A DNA stretch of 64,000 bases. Source: Nitrospirota bacterium (GTDB taxonomy: Bacteria; Nitrospirota; UBA9217). Shown one piece after another: positions 9,853 to 19,689 of the stretch. The DNA is taken from the NCBI GenBank assembly GCA_035623825.1, contig DASPSR010000022.1, positions 32,001-96,000 of the forward strand, given 5' to 3'. The position numbers and the translations under genes were made by a program. How positions within the stretch are numbered: the first letter of the stretch is position 1; each line of letters begins with the position of its first letter. The notes under the pieces are model-generated. The model was not told the origin of the DNA, ran no database searches, and saw only the letters and a list, made by a program, of their open reading frames with translations.

Positions 9853-10131
9853 ATGCCTCAAATAGAATCTAATCTCATTGAGTTCTTTTCCCGTTTTACA
9901 GCATTGATCATATTGATCGCCATCGCACTATTCCTTTTATGGCTTGTCACGATCATCGATATCGTGCAGAGCGACTTCAGAACAAATGCCGACAAAATTG
10001 TTTGGTTCTTTTTCGTTATGATGATCCCGCCGGTCGGTATGCTGTTATACTGTATTATCGGTCGATCGCAGAGGATTGAAACAGGACCTGTTGGGCGGTC
10101 AACGCGATATAGGGATGTCGGGCGGGACTGA
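9853..10131 (+). CDS. PLDc_N (PLD nuclease N-terminal) domain membrane protein
   Basis: Two TM helices with DIVQSDF..KIVW..IPPVGMLLY..IGR. Confidence 0.8.
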   Translation: MPQIESNLIEFFSRFTALIILIAIALFLLWLVTIIDIVQSDFRTNADKIVWFFFVMMIPPVGMLLYCIIGRSQRIETGPVGRSTRYRDVGRD

Positions 10132-10214
10132 ATATTATTAAAGGATAAGGTTGATGTTTTATTGCTGTCCTCCTCTGTTTGTGCCCGCCTGCGGTGTTGC
10201 CGGAGAGATGCGCA

Positions 10215-10790
10215 ATGAGTAAGGGACGAATGGAAGCGTTTAGCGATGGTGTGATCGCAATTCTCATCACCATCATGGTGCTTGAATTGAAGGTGCCGCA
10301 AACGGCTGACGTAGTCGTGCTGCGCCCGCTGGTCCCCGTATTTCTGAGCTATGTATTAAGCTTTGTGTATCTCGGAATCTACTGGAACAACCACCATCAC
10401 CTGCTCCAGTCGATCAAGAATGTCGATGGCCGTGTGCTTTGGGCTAACTTGCATTTGCTGTTCTGGTTATCTCTGATCCCCTTCGTCACAGGCTGGGTAG
10501 GCGAGAATAAATTTGCCTCGTGGCCTGTAGCGCTTTATGGAACAGTACTATTTTTTGCTGCCGTGGCTTATTTCATCCTTACTCGGGCTCTCATCGCCCT
10601 CCACGGCAGGGATTCGGTTCTTTCAGTTGCGCTTGGGCGTGACTTTAAAGGCAAGATCTCCATGATAATCTATCTTGTGGCGATTCCCTTCGCTTTCGCG
10701 GAATCATGGGTTGCCTTTGGGCTTTACATTCTGGTTGCGTCGATATGGCTCATCCCTGACCAACGCATTGAGAGGGCACTGTTGAAATGA
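10215..10790 (+). CDS. TMEM175-family potassium channel (DUF1211)
   Basis: RMEAFSDGVIAILITIMVLEL (RxxxFSD) and SF..IYWNNHH motifs. Confidence 0.93.
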   Translation: MSKGRMEAFSDGVIAILITIMVLELKVPQTADVVVLRPLVPVFLSYVLSFVYLGIYWNNHHHLLQSIKNVDGRVLWANLHLLFWLSLIPFVTGWVGENKFASWPVALYGTVLFFAAVAYFILTRALIALHGRDSVLSVALGRDFKGKISMIIYLVAIPFAFAESWVAFGLYILVASIWLIPDQRIERALLK

Positions 10791-10802
10791 GATGCTGACC
10801 AC

Positions 10803-11567
10803 ATGGATATAAAACCGCTCCTCGTACTCCTGGCGCTTGCCGTCATCTTTGCACTTGAAGGTGTGTTTCCTTATTACCGAGGGCGCAGAGCGAGGGTAAG
10901 ACACGCCATTCCTCACGTCCTGACGGCGATCATCAACGGCCTCTTGACTAGGTTTGCTCTTGCCGGCGTGACAATCAAAGCAATAGCCTGGGCAGGGAGT
11001 AACTCGCTCGGGCTTGTCGGCAGGCTCTCGCTTCCGGCGTCCGCGGAAACGATTCTCTTTTTCGTGCTCTTCGACGTGTGGACCTATTTTTGGCACATGG
11101 CGAATCACCGCATAGGCTTGTTGTGGAGATTCCACCGTGCGCACCATGCGGATATCGACATGGACACGACCACCGCCCTTCGGTTTCATCCCGGGGAGCT
11201 TGTTTTTTCAACATTTGTCCGTTTGCCCATCGTTATCCTGCTTGGAATGAGCTTTGCGCAGCTGGTCATCTTTGAGATCCTGTTGAACCTATCCACCCTG
11301 TTTCACCACAGCAATCTTGCGGTCCCGGAAAAATGGGATCGTGCGTTGCGCGTGGTCGTGGTGACGCCGAACATGCACCGCGTGCACCATTCGGCGGAAC
11401 GGTTTGAGACGGATTCTAACTTTACAAGCCTCCTGTCGATCTGGGACCGGCTGTATCGGACGTTCCGGATGAGGGAAGACACACGCGCAATCACCATCGG
11501 GCTGCCATTATTCAGGGAGCCAGAATATCAGCGACTGTGGGGGTTCTTGATAACACCGCTCCGGTGA
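10803..11567 (+). CDS. Sterol desaturase / fatty acid hydroxylase family protein
   Basis: His boxes YFWHMANH, FHRAHH, RFHPGE, HHSN, HRVHH and WDRL. Confidence 0.92.
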   Translation: MDIKPLLVLLALAVIFALEGVFPYYRGRRARVRHAIPHVLTAIINGLLTRFALAGVTIKAIAWAGSNSLGLVGRLSLPASAETILFFVLFDVWTYFWHMANHRIGLLWRFHRAHHADIDMDTTTALRFHPGELVFSTFVRLPIVILLGMSFAQLVIFEILLNLSTLFHHSNLAVPEKWDRALRVVVVTPNMHRVHHSAERFETDSNFTSLLSIWDRLYRTFRMREDTRAITIGLPLFREPEYQRLWGFLITPLR

Positions 11568-11680
11568 ACCCTACGGCGTAAATTTCAGATAGCAGACGTC
11601 AAGGTCGCCACTCCTTGTAATTCTTAAATATCAGCCAGCGTTTTATCTCCCCCAATCAATCATCTCCCTTTTCGCCACGA

Positions 11681-11709
11681 TTGACATAATCCGGAATCGG
11701 GAATATATT
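11681..11709 (+). promoter_or_regulatory. Sigma70 promoter
   Basis: TTGACA-N17-TATATT upstream of the 11763 gene. Confidence 0.55.
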
Positions 11710-11762
11710 TGGTATTGAAGAATAATTGAGACGGTGATCGTAGTAATAAGGAGAGATCCCAT

Positions 11763-12515
11763 ATGGTTGATGCGAACGCGATGCGTACGTTGCATGAGGC
11801 CATAGATGCGCATGGCGGGATGGATTATTGGAATAGTCTCGAGGCTCTTGAAATGGAAATATCGGCAAGCGGCTTCCTTTTCACGGCAAAGCGAAGGCCT
11901 ATTCTGCGACATGTTCGTATGAGAGCTGCCACTCGTGAACCGAGATTTACCTTCTTTGATTTCCCGAATGAGAATCAGACATCTGAACTCATCGGGAACA
12001 ACGAGGTCCGCATCCTTAACAGTGAAGGAAAAATCATTGGGCGGAGAGAGAACCCACGAGCGGCTTTTCGCGGCCTCCGCCGGCAGTTTGCCTGGGACGA
12101 TCTGGATTTCATCTACTTTGGAGGCTATGCTATCTGGAATTATCTTACGACGCCATTCCTGCTGGCGCGCGCGGGCTTTGTCGTCGAAGCCCTGAAACCG
12201 TTGCGTGGATCGCTGGCATCGCTGATCAGATTGCGAGCGACCTTCCCCGATGATGTTCCCACGCACTCTCGCAGGCAGATCTTCTACTTCGACGAGCGAC
12301 GATTGCTTCGGCGCCTTGATTATACGGCTGAGGTCGTTGGCGGCTGGGCGCACGCCGCTCACTTGTGCGAGGAATATCGTATGTTCGACAGGCTCAAGGC
12401 CCCGTGCCGACGGAAAGTGTTGCCGCTGCTCTTCGGACATAAGCCGTTGCCCGGACCGATTCTGGTCGCGCTGGACGTGCACAATATTACTCCGGTTCCG
12501 ACTGAAACGATTTAG
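11763..12515 (+). CDS. Conserved hypothetical protein
   Basis: 250 aa, AGGAG RBS; AIDAHGG..W, WDDLDFIYFGGYAIWNYLTTPF and PTHS..Q.FYFD..LRRLDY look like a conserved family of unknown function. Confidence 0.75.
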   Translation: MVDANAMRTLHEAIDAHGGMDYWNSLEALEMEISASGFLFTAKRRPILRHVRMRAATREPRFTFFDFPNENQTSELIGNNEVRILNSEGKIIGRRENPRAAFRGLRRQFAWDDLDFIYFGGYAIWNYLTTPFLLARAGFVVEALKPLRGSLASLIRLRATFPDDVPTHSRRQIFYFDERRLLRRLDYTAEVVGGWAHAAHLCEEYRMFDRLKAPCRRKVLPLLFGHKPLPGPILVALDVHNITPVPTETI

Positions 12516-12592
12516 ATTTACAGATTTAAAGTGACTGATCGTCTTTTCAAAGCCTCAACAGGTCATCCAAATTTTTGTTAAAGGAGGAAATC

Positions 12593-12868
12593 GTGGAAGA
12601 CCGCGAACTTTACGAACGGGCAAGAAAAAGAGTTGAAACTCGGATTGGTTTTTATATCCACTTATTCGTTTATCTGGCGGTCAATGCATTGCTGATCTTC
12701 ATTAACCTTACTACGTCCCCTGATTATTACTGGTTCAAGTGGCCACTGCTTGGATGGGGTATTGGCCTGCTGTTCCATGCTTTAGGAGTTTATGCATCAT
12801 CCATAGGCGGATCTGTGAAAGACCGAATGATAAAAAAAGAAATGGAAAGGGAATCGTCGAGAAAATAA
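12593..12868 (+). CDS. 2TM domain protein
   Basis: YERARKRV..GFYIHLFVYLAVN..WFKWPLLGWGIGLLFHA; GTG start after AGGAGG. Confidence 0.88.
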   Translation: MEDRELYERARKRVETRIGFYIHLFVYLAVNALLIFINLTTSPDYYWFKWPLLGWGIGLLFHALGVYASSIGGSVKDRMIKKEMERESSRK

Positions 12869-12933
12869 GCAAAGTTATGCCGCATCATAATTTATGACGA
12901 TATCGTCGGATACGAAGTGCCGAGACGTTCGCT

Positions 12934-13464
12934 ATGGATAGAATGATAATCTTATACAGCATGATTCGCGTGGCCGTCGTAGCTCTCATCTTGACTCTAC
13001 CGGGGTGCACGTTCGTGAAACTGATGACCTTGGAGCAGCCAACATTCACCTATACGGGAAGCGAACTGGTCGAGTCTTCGCAAAGCACGACGACCGTGAA
13101 TTTTCTCTTCTCCGTGCATAACCCGAATGAAGCGGGATTGAAGAGCGTAACCTGCTCATACACGCTTTTTGTGGAAGGCAAAAAGATACTGAAAGGGAAT
13201 GAGATCCCCTTGACGCTTAAGCCGAAAGGCGACACGGAGATCAAGATCCCCGCAACGATCACCTATACGGACCTCTTCCCCGTTGTGGGGTCAGTCGTAA
13301 AGCGGATTTTATCCGGCCAGAAAACAATCCCCGTGGCAATCGACGTCGTCTTTTCCGGTAAACCGGCGATTTATGGCGAAGCAGGTAAAGAAAAACCGCT
13401 TTCCTTCGAGATGAGATTGATCAAGACGGCAGAGATTCCGTTGCCGCAAGTAGAGATGATGTAA
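12934..13464 (+). CDS. LEA type 2 (WHy) family lipoprotein
   Basis: Lipobox LPGC; VHNPN motif; beta-rich. Confidence 0.8.
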   Translation: MDRMIILYSMIRVAVVALILTLPGCTFVKLMTLEQPTFTYTGSELVESSQSTTTVNFLFSVHNPNEAGLKSVTCSYTLFVEGKKILKGNEIPLTLKPKGDTEIKIPATITYTDLFPVVGSVVKRILSGQKTIPVAIDVVFSGKPAIYGEAGKEKPLSFEMRLIKTAEIPLPQVEMM

Positions 13465-14026
13465 GGACAGCGGGAGAATTCGATGCAATATCGGCGAAGC
13501 GGATAGCCGCTTCCAAAACTGTACACTTTTGGCGATCTGAGCCCGTGTTAAATTTGTGCCGGAAACTTACTATCGACGCTAATTTCACCACATGGTTGCC
13601 GTCGGAAGTCACGGTTTGGGTCAAGGCAGGGAGGAAATCTTCGCAACTTTTTAATTGACCCGATTCCCCGCTACCGGCTTGCGTGCAGAATCTCGCCTAC
13701 GACCGTGGCGGCGGGAGTCGACTGGTTAAGGAGAGAATGATTGCATCATCGAAGACGGCGCACAGCGCCTTCCTCCGGGACGCCGCGCCCCTTCTCCGGT
13801 CGCCCTCCTTTGAAGGAGACACACGTCACCTTGAAATAAACTGCAGCCTTGATTTTCCGAGGTGCACGGCAAGCGATGTCTTTGCTATCCCGAAGACGAT
13901 ACCGCCAAAAACTTTGCTGCCCCGGACGTACTGGCTGGTTCGCGCTTCCAGACGCCGTAAAGTTGATACGTCAAAGCAGGGCAGCGATCGGAGATAACCC
14001 TGTAAAATGCCGTTCAAGCGCGATAA

Positions 14027-14272
14027 TTAGCGTTCTCTTTCGCCGGCCTCAATGCCTTTCTTGGTCTGCTCAATGGCTTGATGCACAAGCTTAAGAGCTT
14101 TTTCGCGGTGCCCGCCCTTATTGTGCTCCGCAACTTCCAATTCCATCTGAGCTTTTTTCAGGGCCTCAAGGGCAGCCATCATATGTGGCTGTTGCATCGC
14201 AGCCCAACCGCCGATTGCACCGCCAATAACAAGACCGGTAACGAGAAGAACGACCGTAATCCTTTTTCCCAT
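14027..14272 (-). CDS. Small exported helical protein (QPHM..KGGHR family)
   Basis: Signal peptide followed by QPHMMAALEAL..HNKGGHREKAL; GGAGG RBS. Confidence 0.75.
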   Translation of the reverse strand: MGKRITVVLLVTGLVIGGAIGGWAAMQQPHMMAALEALKKAQMELEVAEHNKGGHREKALKLVHQAIEQTKKGIEAGERER

Positions 14273-14591
14273 ATGCCCTCCCTTTTCCAGGATAATTTAA
14301 CGAAAATTATATCACCGATAAATTGTGTTTGCAATCGCGATGTGATATAGTTAAAATTACTTCCTGAAACCGTGAGTCGCCGGAGCTCTTCGATATTCTA
14401 AGTTTCATGTCTCAGATCATTGCTCTTCTTTTAAGGAAAATGCGAGTTGCAGGTGGCTTCGACAAGTATCTGCGAGTTACTGATGTAGTTGCCAGAGCGT
14501 CTTTCTCCTGAGCTTAACAGAATTCCAAGCCCTGAAACTGCACGGAATAAGCAGTCATTGACTGCGCCGGAAAAGATAACAATAAAAGATT

Positions 14592-15191
14592 ATGCATTCA
14601 CTAAATCTCTTCATTTCATTTGTCGAGGCGCACCGATACTGGGGATACGGCTTGCTTTTTATGGCCATGATTTTCGAGGGAGAACTTTTTTTGACCGCAA
14701 CCGGCATGTTGGTTCGGCTCCAGGCATTTGATTTCTTCGATGCATTTTTCTTCGCCCTGGCAGGAGTGCTGACCGGAGATATGCTCTGGTATTGGGCAGG
14801 GAGATTGCTCCAATATAGATATCCGAACCATCGCATCACCCTGTTCGTCGTGCACCGCGTCAAGCGATATCTTCCGAGCATTGCGAGAAACCCTTTTCAT
14901 GTCATTTTCCTGTCGAAATTTATTTACGGTTTGAACCATTCAACCCTCGTAGTCCTCGGCTTTCTCAAAATCCCCTTCGGGCATTTTTTTCGCATCCAAT
15001 TTATTACCTCTTTCATCTGGTCGCTGCTCTTTTTGATCGTCGGATATATGTTCGGGGGCGTAGCGCTTACGATCACGCACCGAATGCAACGCTTCATGAT
15101 AGTCGCTTTTCTCTTCTTGGTGGCAGTTGCGGTGATCGATTACGTTGTCGGACAGTTTATTGAAAAGGCAGAACGAAAACATAAGGAATAG
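14592..15191 (+). CDS. DedA family membrane protein
   Basis: FEGE..GD.LWYWAGR..SKFIYGL; 199 aa, hydrophobic. Confidence 0.88.
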   Translation: MHSLNLFISFVEAHRYWGYGLLFMAMIFEGELFLTATGMLVRLQAFDFFDAFFFALAGVLTGDMLWYWAGRLLQYRYPNHRITLFVVHRVKRYLPSIARNPFHVIFLSKFIYGLNHSTLVVLGFLKIPFGHFFRIQFITSFIWSLLFLIVGYMFGGVALTITHRMQRFMIVAFLFLVAVAVIDYVVGQFIEKAERKHKE

Positions 15192-15357
15192 AAATAGATG
15201 GTTTCCCGTTTATAAAGACGCTTCGTTAAAGCAGCGTGGTTGCGGTTTCGCCGAAGTCCGTATTTGTACTATCATTTATGTAATTTTGTGTTATAATATA
15301 AAAGTGTCGATTTTGCCGGTTCCTTAATCCCTGCTTCAAAGCATGAGGAGGTACTTT

Positions 15358-15549
15358 ATGTTTGAAGGACTGTTTAGACCAATGCACTTGCTCGTGATAC
15401 TATTTATCGTATTAATCATATTCGGCCCTGGAAGATTGCCGGAAATCGGGGAAGGGCTGGGAAAAAGCATCAGATCATTCAAGAAAGCCTTCTCCGAAAA
15501 GGACGATGAGCAAAAGTCCATTGAACAAAAAGAAGAAAAAAAGGCGTAA
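15358..15549 (+). CDS. tatA: Twin-arginine translocase TatA/TatE subunit
   Basis: [25 protein letters not shown]; AGGAGG RBS. Confidence 0.93.
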   Translation: MFEGLFRPMHLLVILFIVLIIFGPGRLPEIGEGLGKSIRSFKKAFSEKDDEQKSIEQKEEKKA

Positions 15550-15829
15550 AAGAGCATTCTCGATAAGTTCAGCACCCTTCGAAAAATCGGCAGGTTTCGT
15601 ATCCGTAAATTCATGGAGCGTACCTGCCGATTTCGTCAATCCTAACCACTTCAAAATTTGATATGAAAAGGCCGATTCGTTGCACATATTGAAGACCATG
15701 GTGCAGCGGATCACGCTGTCACGGGCATTTTAAAGGGTTCAAATTAACGCGCGATGCCCACAGCGTTTTGGCGCACCTTTAATTTTGTAGCAGACGAGGG
15801 TTTTACGGGCATGCAGATTCCATGTTGAA

Positions 15830-16432
15830 ATGGAGAGGGAAAAAATGACTGAAGCAGAACTTCCCCGGCTTGAAGAGCTCGAAGAGGTCAAGTCAAAGAT
15901 TTTTACAAAACGCGTCGCCTTGACCACGGCAATATTTGCGGTGCTCCTCGCCATCACCTCGCTGGGCGGCAACTACACCATGAAGGAAATGCTGCTTTCA
16001 CAACAGCAGGCATCGGACCAATGGGCCTTTTACCAGTCAAAGGTCCTGCGGGAGCACCTCTACAAAACGAACAGCCGGCGGATCGAAATGGACCTTCTAG
16101 AGAGAGGCACGGGCATGGGTCCGGAGGCAAAGAGGCGGTATGAGGCCATGCTTAAGGACATGCGGGCGGAAGAAGCCAGATACGGCGAGGAAAAGAAACA
16201 AATAGAAGAAGAGGCCAAGCACCTCGAGGCTGAGCGGGACAGCAACCTCAGTAAGGACCCTTATTTCGACTTCGCCGAGGTCCTGCTGCAGATATCCATT
16301 GTATTGGCATCGATCTCGATACTGGCTGTCTCTCGCCGGATATTTTATTTCGCGATTGTTTCTGCGTCACTTGGCACCATCCTGATGCTGAACGGGTATT
16401 TGTTGATCTTTAAGTTGCCATTCTTCCATTGA
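15830..16432 (+). CDS. DUF4337 family membrane protein
   Basis: VALTTAIFAVLLAI..ASDQWAFYQSK..LLQISIVLASI. Confidence 0.85.
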   Translation: MEREKMTEAELPRLEELEEVKSKIFTKRVALTTAIFAVLLAITSLGGNYTMKEMLLSQQQASDQWAFYQSKVLREHLYKTNSRRIEMDLLERGTGMGPEAKRRYEAMLKDMRAEEARYGEEKKQIEEEAKHLEAERDSNLSKDPYFDFAEVLLQISIVLASISILAVSRRIFYFAIVSASLGTILMLNGYLLIFKLPFFH

Positions 16433-16520
16433 CCGCCGTTGGCTGCAAGTCAAGGTGTGCTTGCCGGGTGCGACCGGGATGATATCCGGAAGTTTCAGAT
16501 AGAATTTATCAGAGGCAAGC

Positions 16521-16784
16521 ATGATTGCAGAGGCCATAATTCAGGGCGCAAATATCGGTTTTCTGATCGGCATTATTTTTGCCACATACTACTGGTTTAA
16601 AGCATTTCAGCACAGAATAAAATCAGACTCCTCTTTGTTCGACTGGACGTCTTACGGCTTGTCCATTTTTTCTCCCAAGTATTTCACTGCGGAAGGCAAC
16701 CGATACAGGAAAAGATTCTGGCTTGCGACCCTGGCGGCCTTAATCATGCTTGCAGTCCCTTGGGTCGCAAGATATTTCAAGTGA
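16521..16784 (+). CDS. Small hypothetical membrane protein
   Basis: 87 aa, two hydrophobic segments, AGAGG RBS. Confidence 0.55.
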   Translation: MIAEAIIQGANIGFLIGIIFATYYWFKAFQHRIKSDSSLFDWTSYGLSIFSPKYFTAEGNRYRKRFWLATLAALIMLAVPWVARYFK

Positions 16785-16920
16785 TCGTGCATTTTGATTC
16801 TGGGCACTCCCTGCTTCTGACCGGCATGGCTATAATTTTCGCTTTTTAGCAGCATGTGATATCCCATCCGGGATTGTCGAGGCAAATGGCCGATCGGGGC
16901 CTTCGTGGGCCATTAACGTC

Positions 16921-16949
16921 TTGACAAATCGATCAGCAAAGATTAATCT
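16921..16949 (+). promoter_or_regulatory. Sigma70 promoter of the metal-uptake operon
   Basis: TTGACA-N17-TAATCT. Confidence 0.6.
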
Positions 16950-16972
16950 ATGCTCACCCGGAAAGGTGAGCC

Positions 16973-17242
16973 ATGCGCTGGTACAAACAGGTCATAGCTT
17001 TTTTAATACTTGTTCTCCTGGTCTCCGTGGTCGCTGCGGCGCTCCATCATCACGAGAACACCGCGGACAACCACGACTGCCCTGTCTGTCTTGTAAGCTA
17101 TCATCAGCAGGCAGCCAGCCGGGCCACGGTCGCATTTGACGGCATCCCCTTTATCACCGAAACAGTATATTCTGCCCCCGCGCCAGAGATTACCGAGCAG
17201 ACTTTCATCTCCCTTCTCGCCAATCGCGCTCCTCCGGCATAA
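16973..17242 (+). CDS. DUF2946-like leader protein (His-rich, CxxC, C-terminal RAPP)
   Basis: N-terminal TM, HHH..HDCPVC, ends in NRAPPA-stop. Confidence 0.8.
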   Translation: MRWYKQVIAFLILVLLVSVVAAALHHHENTADNHDCPVCLVSYHQQAASRATVAFDGIPFITETVYSAPAPEITEQTFISLLANRAPPA

Positions 17243-17387
17243 ACCGTCTTCAGAAGTGATATCCTACTGCGAACGCGTAAGGACCATGCAGACCCGTGAA
17301 CGGTGTTCGTCCTGATGCTTTGGCATGATCCTGTGCGTGCGCTCGCCCTGGTATCGAGACATTACACTGTTTACTGACGGAGGTGTC

Positions 17388-18734
17388 ATGAAATCTATCG
17401 TCACTTCGTCTGGCATGTTCACGCTCATGCTCGTATTTTGCGCGGCACCAGTTTTTGCCGCCGACGTGGATGAGCGTCTGAACCAGCTGGAAGATTCGGT
17501 CAAGAAGCAGGAAGTAACAATACAGCAGCAACAGGAAACCATCAATAACCTTAAAGCTGATCTCGAGAAGCAAAAGGCTCAGACTGCCCCGCAGGAAGCA
17601 ACTCCCGCTCCCCAGGCGCCGAAAGCGAGCGGTCTGTTCGGCGGCAGCATTTTCACCAACCCGAGCATCTCAATGGTCCTTGACACTTTTTACTATAGAT
17701 CGAACCTCACGAACGACGAACTCGCAAATTGGACCATCCCGGGATTCACGACGCAGGGGCCGGACCAGCGGAACGGGTTCAATCTCGATTCGGTCGAGCT
17801 TTTCTTCTTTTCTCCCGTTGATCCCTATTTCGACATGTACGTCAATATTCCCGTGACCGACAACGGGGTGAGCATTGAAGAGGCCTATGTCGTAACCACG
17901 GACCTGCCTGAAGGTTGGCAGATCAAGGGCGGCAGGTTCAAGAGCAATTTCAGCAGGCTCGACGCCCAGCATCCACACGCGTGGGATTTCTGGGACATAG
18001 CGCTTCCCTATCGAGCGTTTCTCGGCAATGAGGGTCTGGGCGGCGAAAATGGCGTACAGCTAACCTATCTCCCCGTTCTGCCGGTATACACGCAACTAGG
18101 CGCTGAGGTCCTCCAAGGGGAAAACGACCTTCTGTTCGGTCCGGATGCCGCTCAAGGGCCGCACGCCTATAGTTTTTTCGTAAAGTGTTCTGTCGATACG
18201 AGCGACTATTCGACCTTTTACTTCGGACCGTCCGTATTGTTCGGCGAGACGAACAACCAGAACATTCTTCCCGGCTCAGTGGTCGCGGCTGACAGCGCCC
18301 TGTACGTTTTTGAAGCGGTCTGGAAATGGAAACCATCGAGCAGGGAGGCATTGACGATACAAAGCGAGTACCTGTTTCTGCTGCAAGAGGGCACCTCGAC
18401 GGGCCTGACGAGCGGTATCAGCGAATCTCTACGACGCAGACAGGACGGTTTTTACGTCCAGGGCGTCTATCGTAAGAACCGCTGGGGCGTTGGCGCTCGT
18501 TACGATGTGCTGGATCTCTTTCAAGACACGTTCAAGCTGGGCGGCGTGCAGCAGAACTTCGGCGGCAAGCCTCACCGCGAGACAGCCAGTCTCGAATACA
18601 ACCCGAGCGAATTTACTCGCGTAAGACTCCAGCTGAGCCACGATCAGTCCGATACGACCTCCGGGCGAACGAACGACGAGGCTATTTTGCAATTCAATTT
18701 CAGCATCGGGGCGCACCCAGCGCACTCATTTTAG
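17388..18734 (+). CDS. Outer-membrane beta-barrel protein of a metal (Zn/Mn/Co/Ni) uptake locus
   Basis: Signal peptide, coiled coil, NPSISMV, VDPYF, HPHAWDF, SEFTRVRLQ and C-terminal GAHPAHSF. Confidence 0.8.
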   Translation: MKSIVTSSGMFTLMLVFCAAPVFAADVDERLNQLEDSVKKQEVTIQQQQETINNLKADLEKQKAQTAPQEATPAPQAPKASGLFGGSIFTNPSISMVLDTFYYRSNLTNDELANWTIPGFTTQGPDQRNGFNLDSVELFFFSPVDPYFDMYVNIPVTDNGVSIEEAYVVTTDLPEGWQIKGGRFKSNFSRLDAQHPHAWDFWDIALPYRAFLGNEGLGGENGVQLTYLPVLPVYTQLGAEVLQGENDLLFGPDAAQGPHAYSFFVKCSVDTSDYSTFYFGPSVLFGETNNQNILPGSVVAADSALYVFEAVWKWKPSSREALTIQSEYLFLLQEGTSTGLTSGISESLRRRQDGFYVQGVYRKNRWGVGARYDVLDLFQDTFKLGGVQQNFGGKPHRETASLEYNPSEFTRVRLQLSHDQSDTTSGRTNDEAILQFNFSIGAHPAHSF

Positions 18735-18743
18735 GAGAAAACA

Positions 18744-19625
18744 ATGAGAAGACTACTCTTATCCGTTTCGCTCTTCATTACTCTTTCGACCCCGGCCTTT
18801 GCCGGGGTGAACGTCGTTGCCACTCTGCCCTGGATTGGAAGTCTTGCGCATGAGATCGGCAAGGACAAAGTCAATGTGACCGTCCTGGTAAAATCCAGCC
18901 AGGACGCCCATACGATAGAGGCGAAGCCGAGCATGATCCTCGCCGCGAGGAAGGCCGACATTATCATGTATGACGGGCTCGATCTGGAGATCGGCTATCT
19001 GCCGCTTATCATCGAATCCTCGAAAAACCCGAAGCTCATGCCGGGCAAGATCGGCAATTTCGACTGTTCGCAGTTCATCACGGTCCTCGAAAAACCGGCG
19101 ACGTTTGATAGAAGCATGGGTGACGTGCATCCGCTCGGCAATCCTCATTACCACTACTCGCCCTCAAGAGTGCTCCGGGTTGCCGAAGGGATGGCGAGAC
19201 TTTTCACCGATGCTGACAAGGTAAATGCCGATTTTTATCGTGCAAACTACAAGGCGTTTGCCGATCGGGTGAAGGCCAAGGAGACGGAATGGCGAGCCGT
19301 TCCGCTCAATGGGAAGAAATACGTGGCTTATCACAAGTACTTCGAATACCTTGCTAACGAATTCGGCTTTCGGCTCATCGGCTACATGGAGCCGAAGCCC
19401 GGCATACCTCCGTCTGCAGCTCATATTGAAGAACTGGTTCGCCTTATGAAGGAGGAAAAGCCGGACGCAATTCTCGTCACACCGGCGATTGGCAAGGAAG
19501 AGGCGGAGGCACTGTCCTCTAAGACCGGGGTCAAGGTCATCGTGCTGCCTAACGACGTCGGCTCCCTGGAGGGCACTGACGATCTGATTTCCTTCTGGGA
19601 TAAGGTCGTATCTCTGCTAAAGTAG
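18744..19625 (+). CDS. Metal ABC transporter substrate-binding protein (ZnuA/TroA cluster A-I)
   Basis: QDAHTIEAKPS, GDVHPLGNPHY, YHKYFEY and EPKPGIPPSAAH. Confidence 0.92.
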   Translation: MRRLLLSVSLFITLSTPAFAGVNVVATLPWIGSLAHEIGKDKVNVTVLVKSSQDAHTIEAKPSMILAARKADIIMYDGLDLEIGYLPLIIESSKNPKLMPGKIGNFDCSQFITVLEKPATFDRSMGDVHPLGNPHYHYSPSRVLRVAEGMARLFTDADKVNADFYRANYKAFADRVKAKETEWRAVPLNGKKYVAYHKYFEYLANEFGFRLIGYMEPKPGIPPSAAHIEELVRLMKEEKPDAILVTPAIGKEEAEALSSKTGVKVIVLPNDVGSLEGTDDLISFWDKVVSLLK

Positions 19626-19689
19626 TCGTGTAAAAATCAGTTTGCCCGATCTGCTGACGGGCCAATTATTCTTATTTAACGGAGATGCT

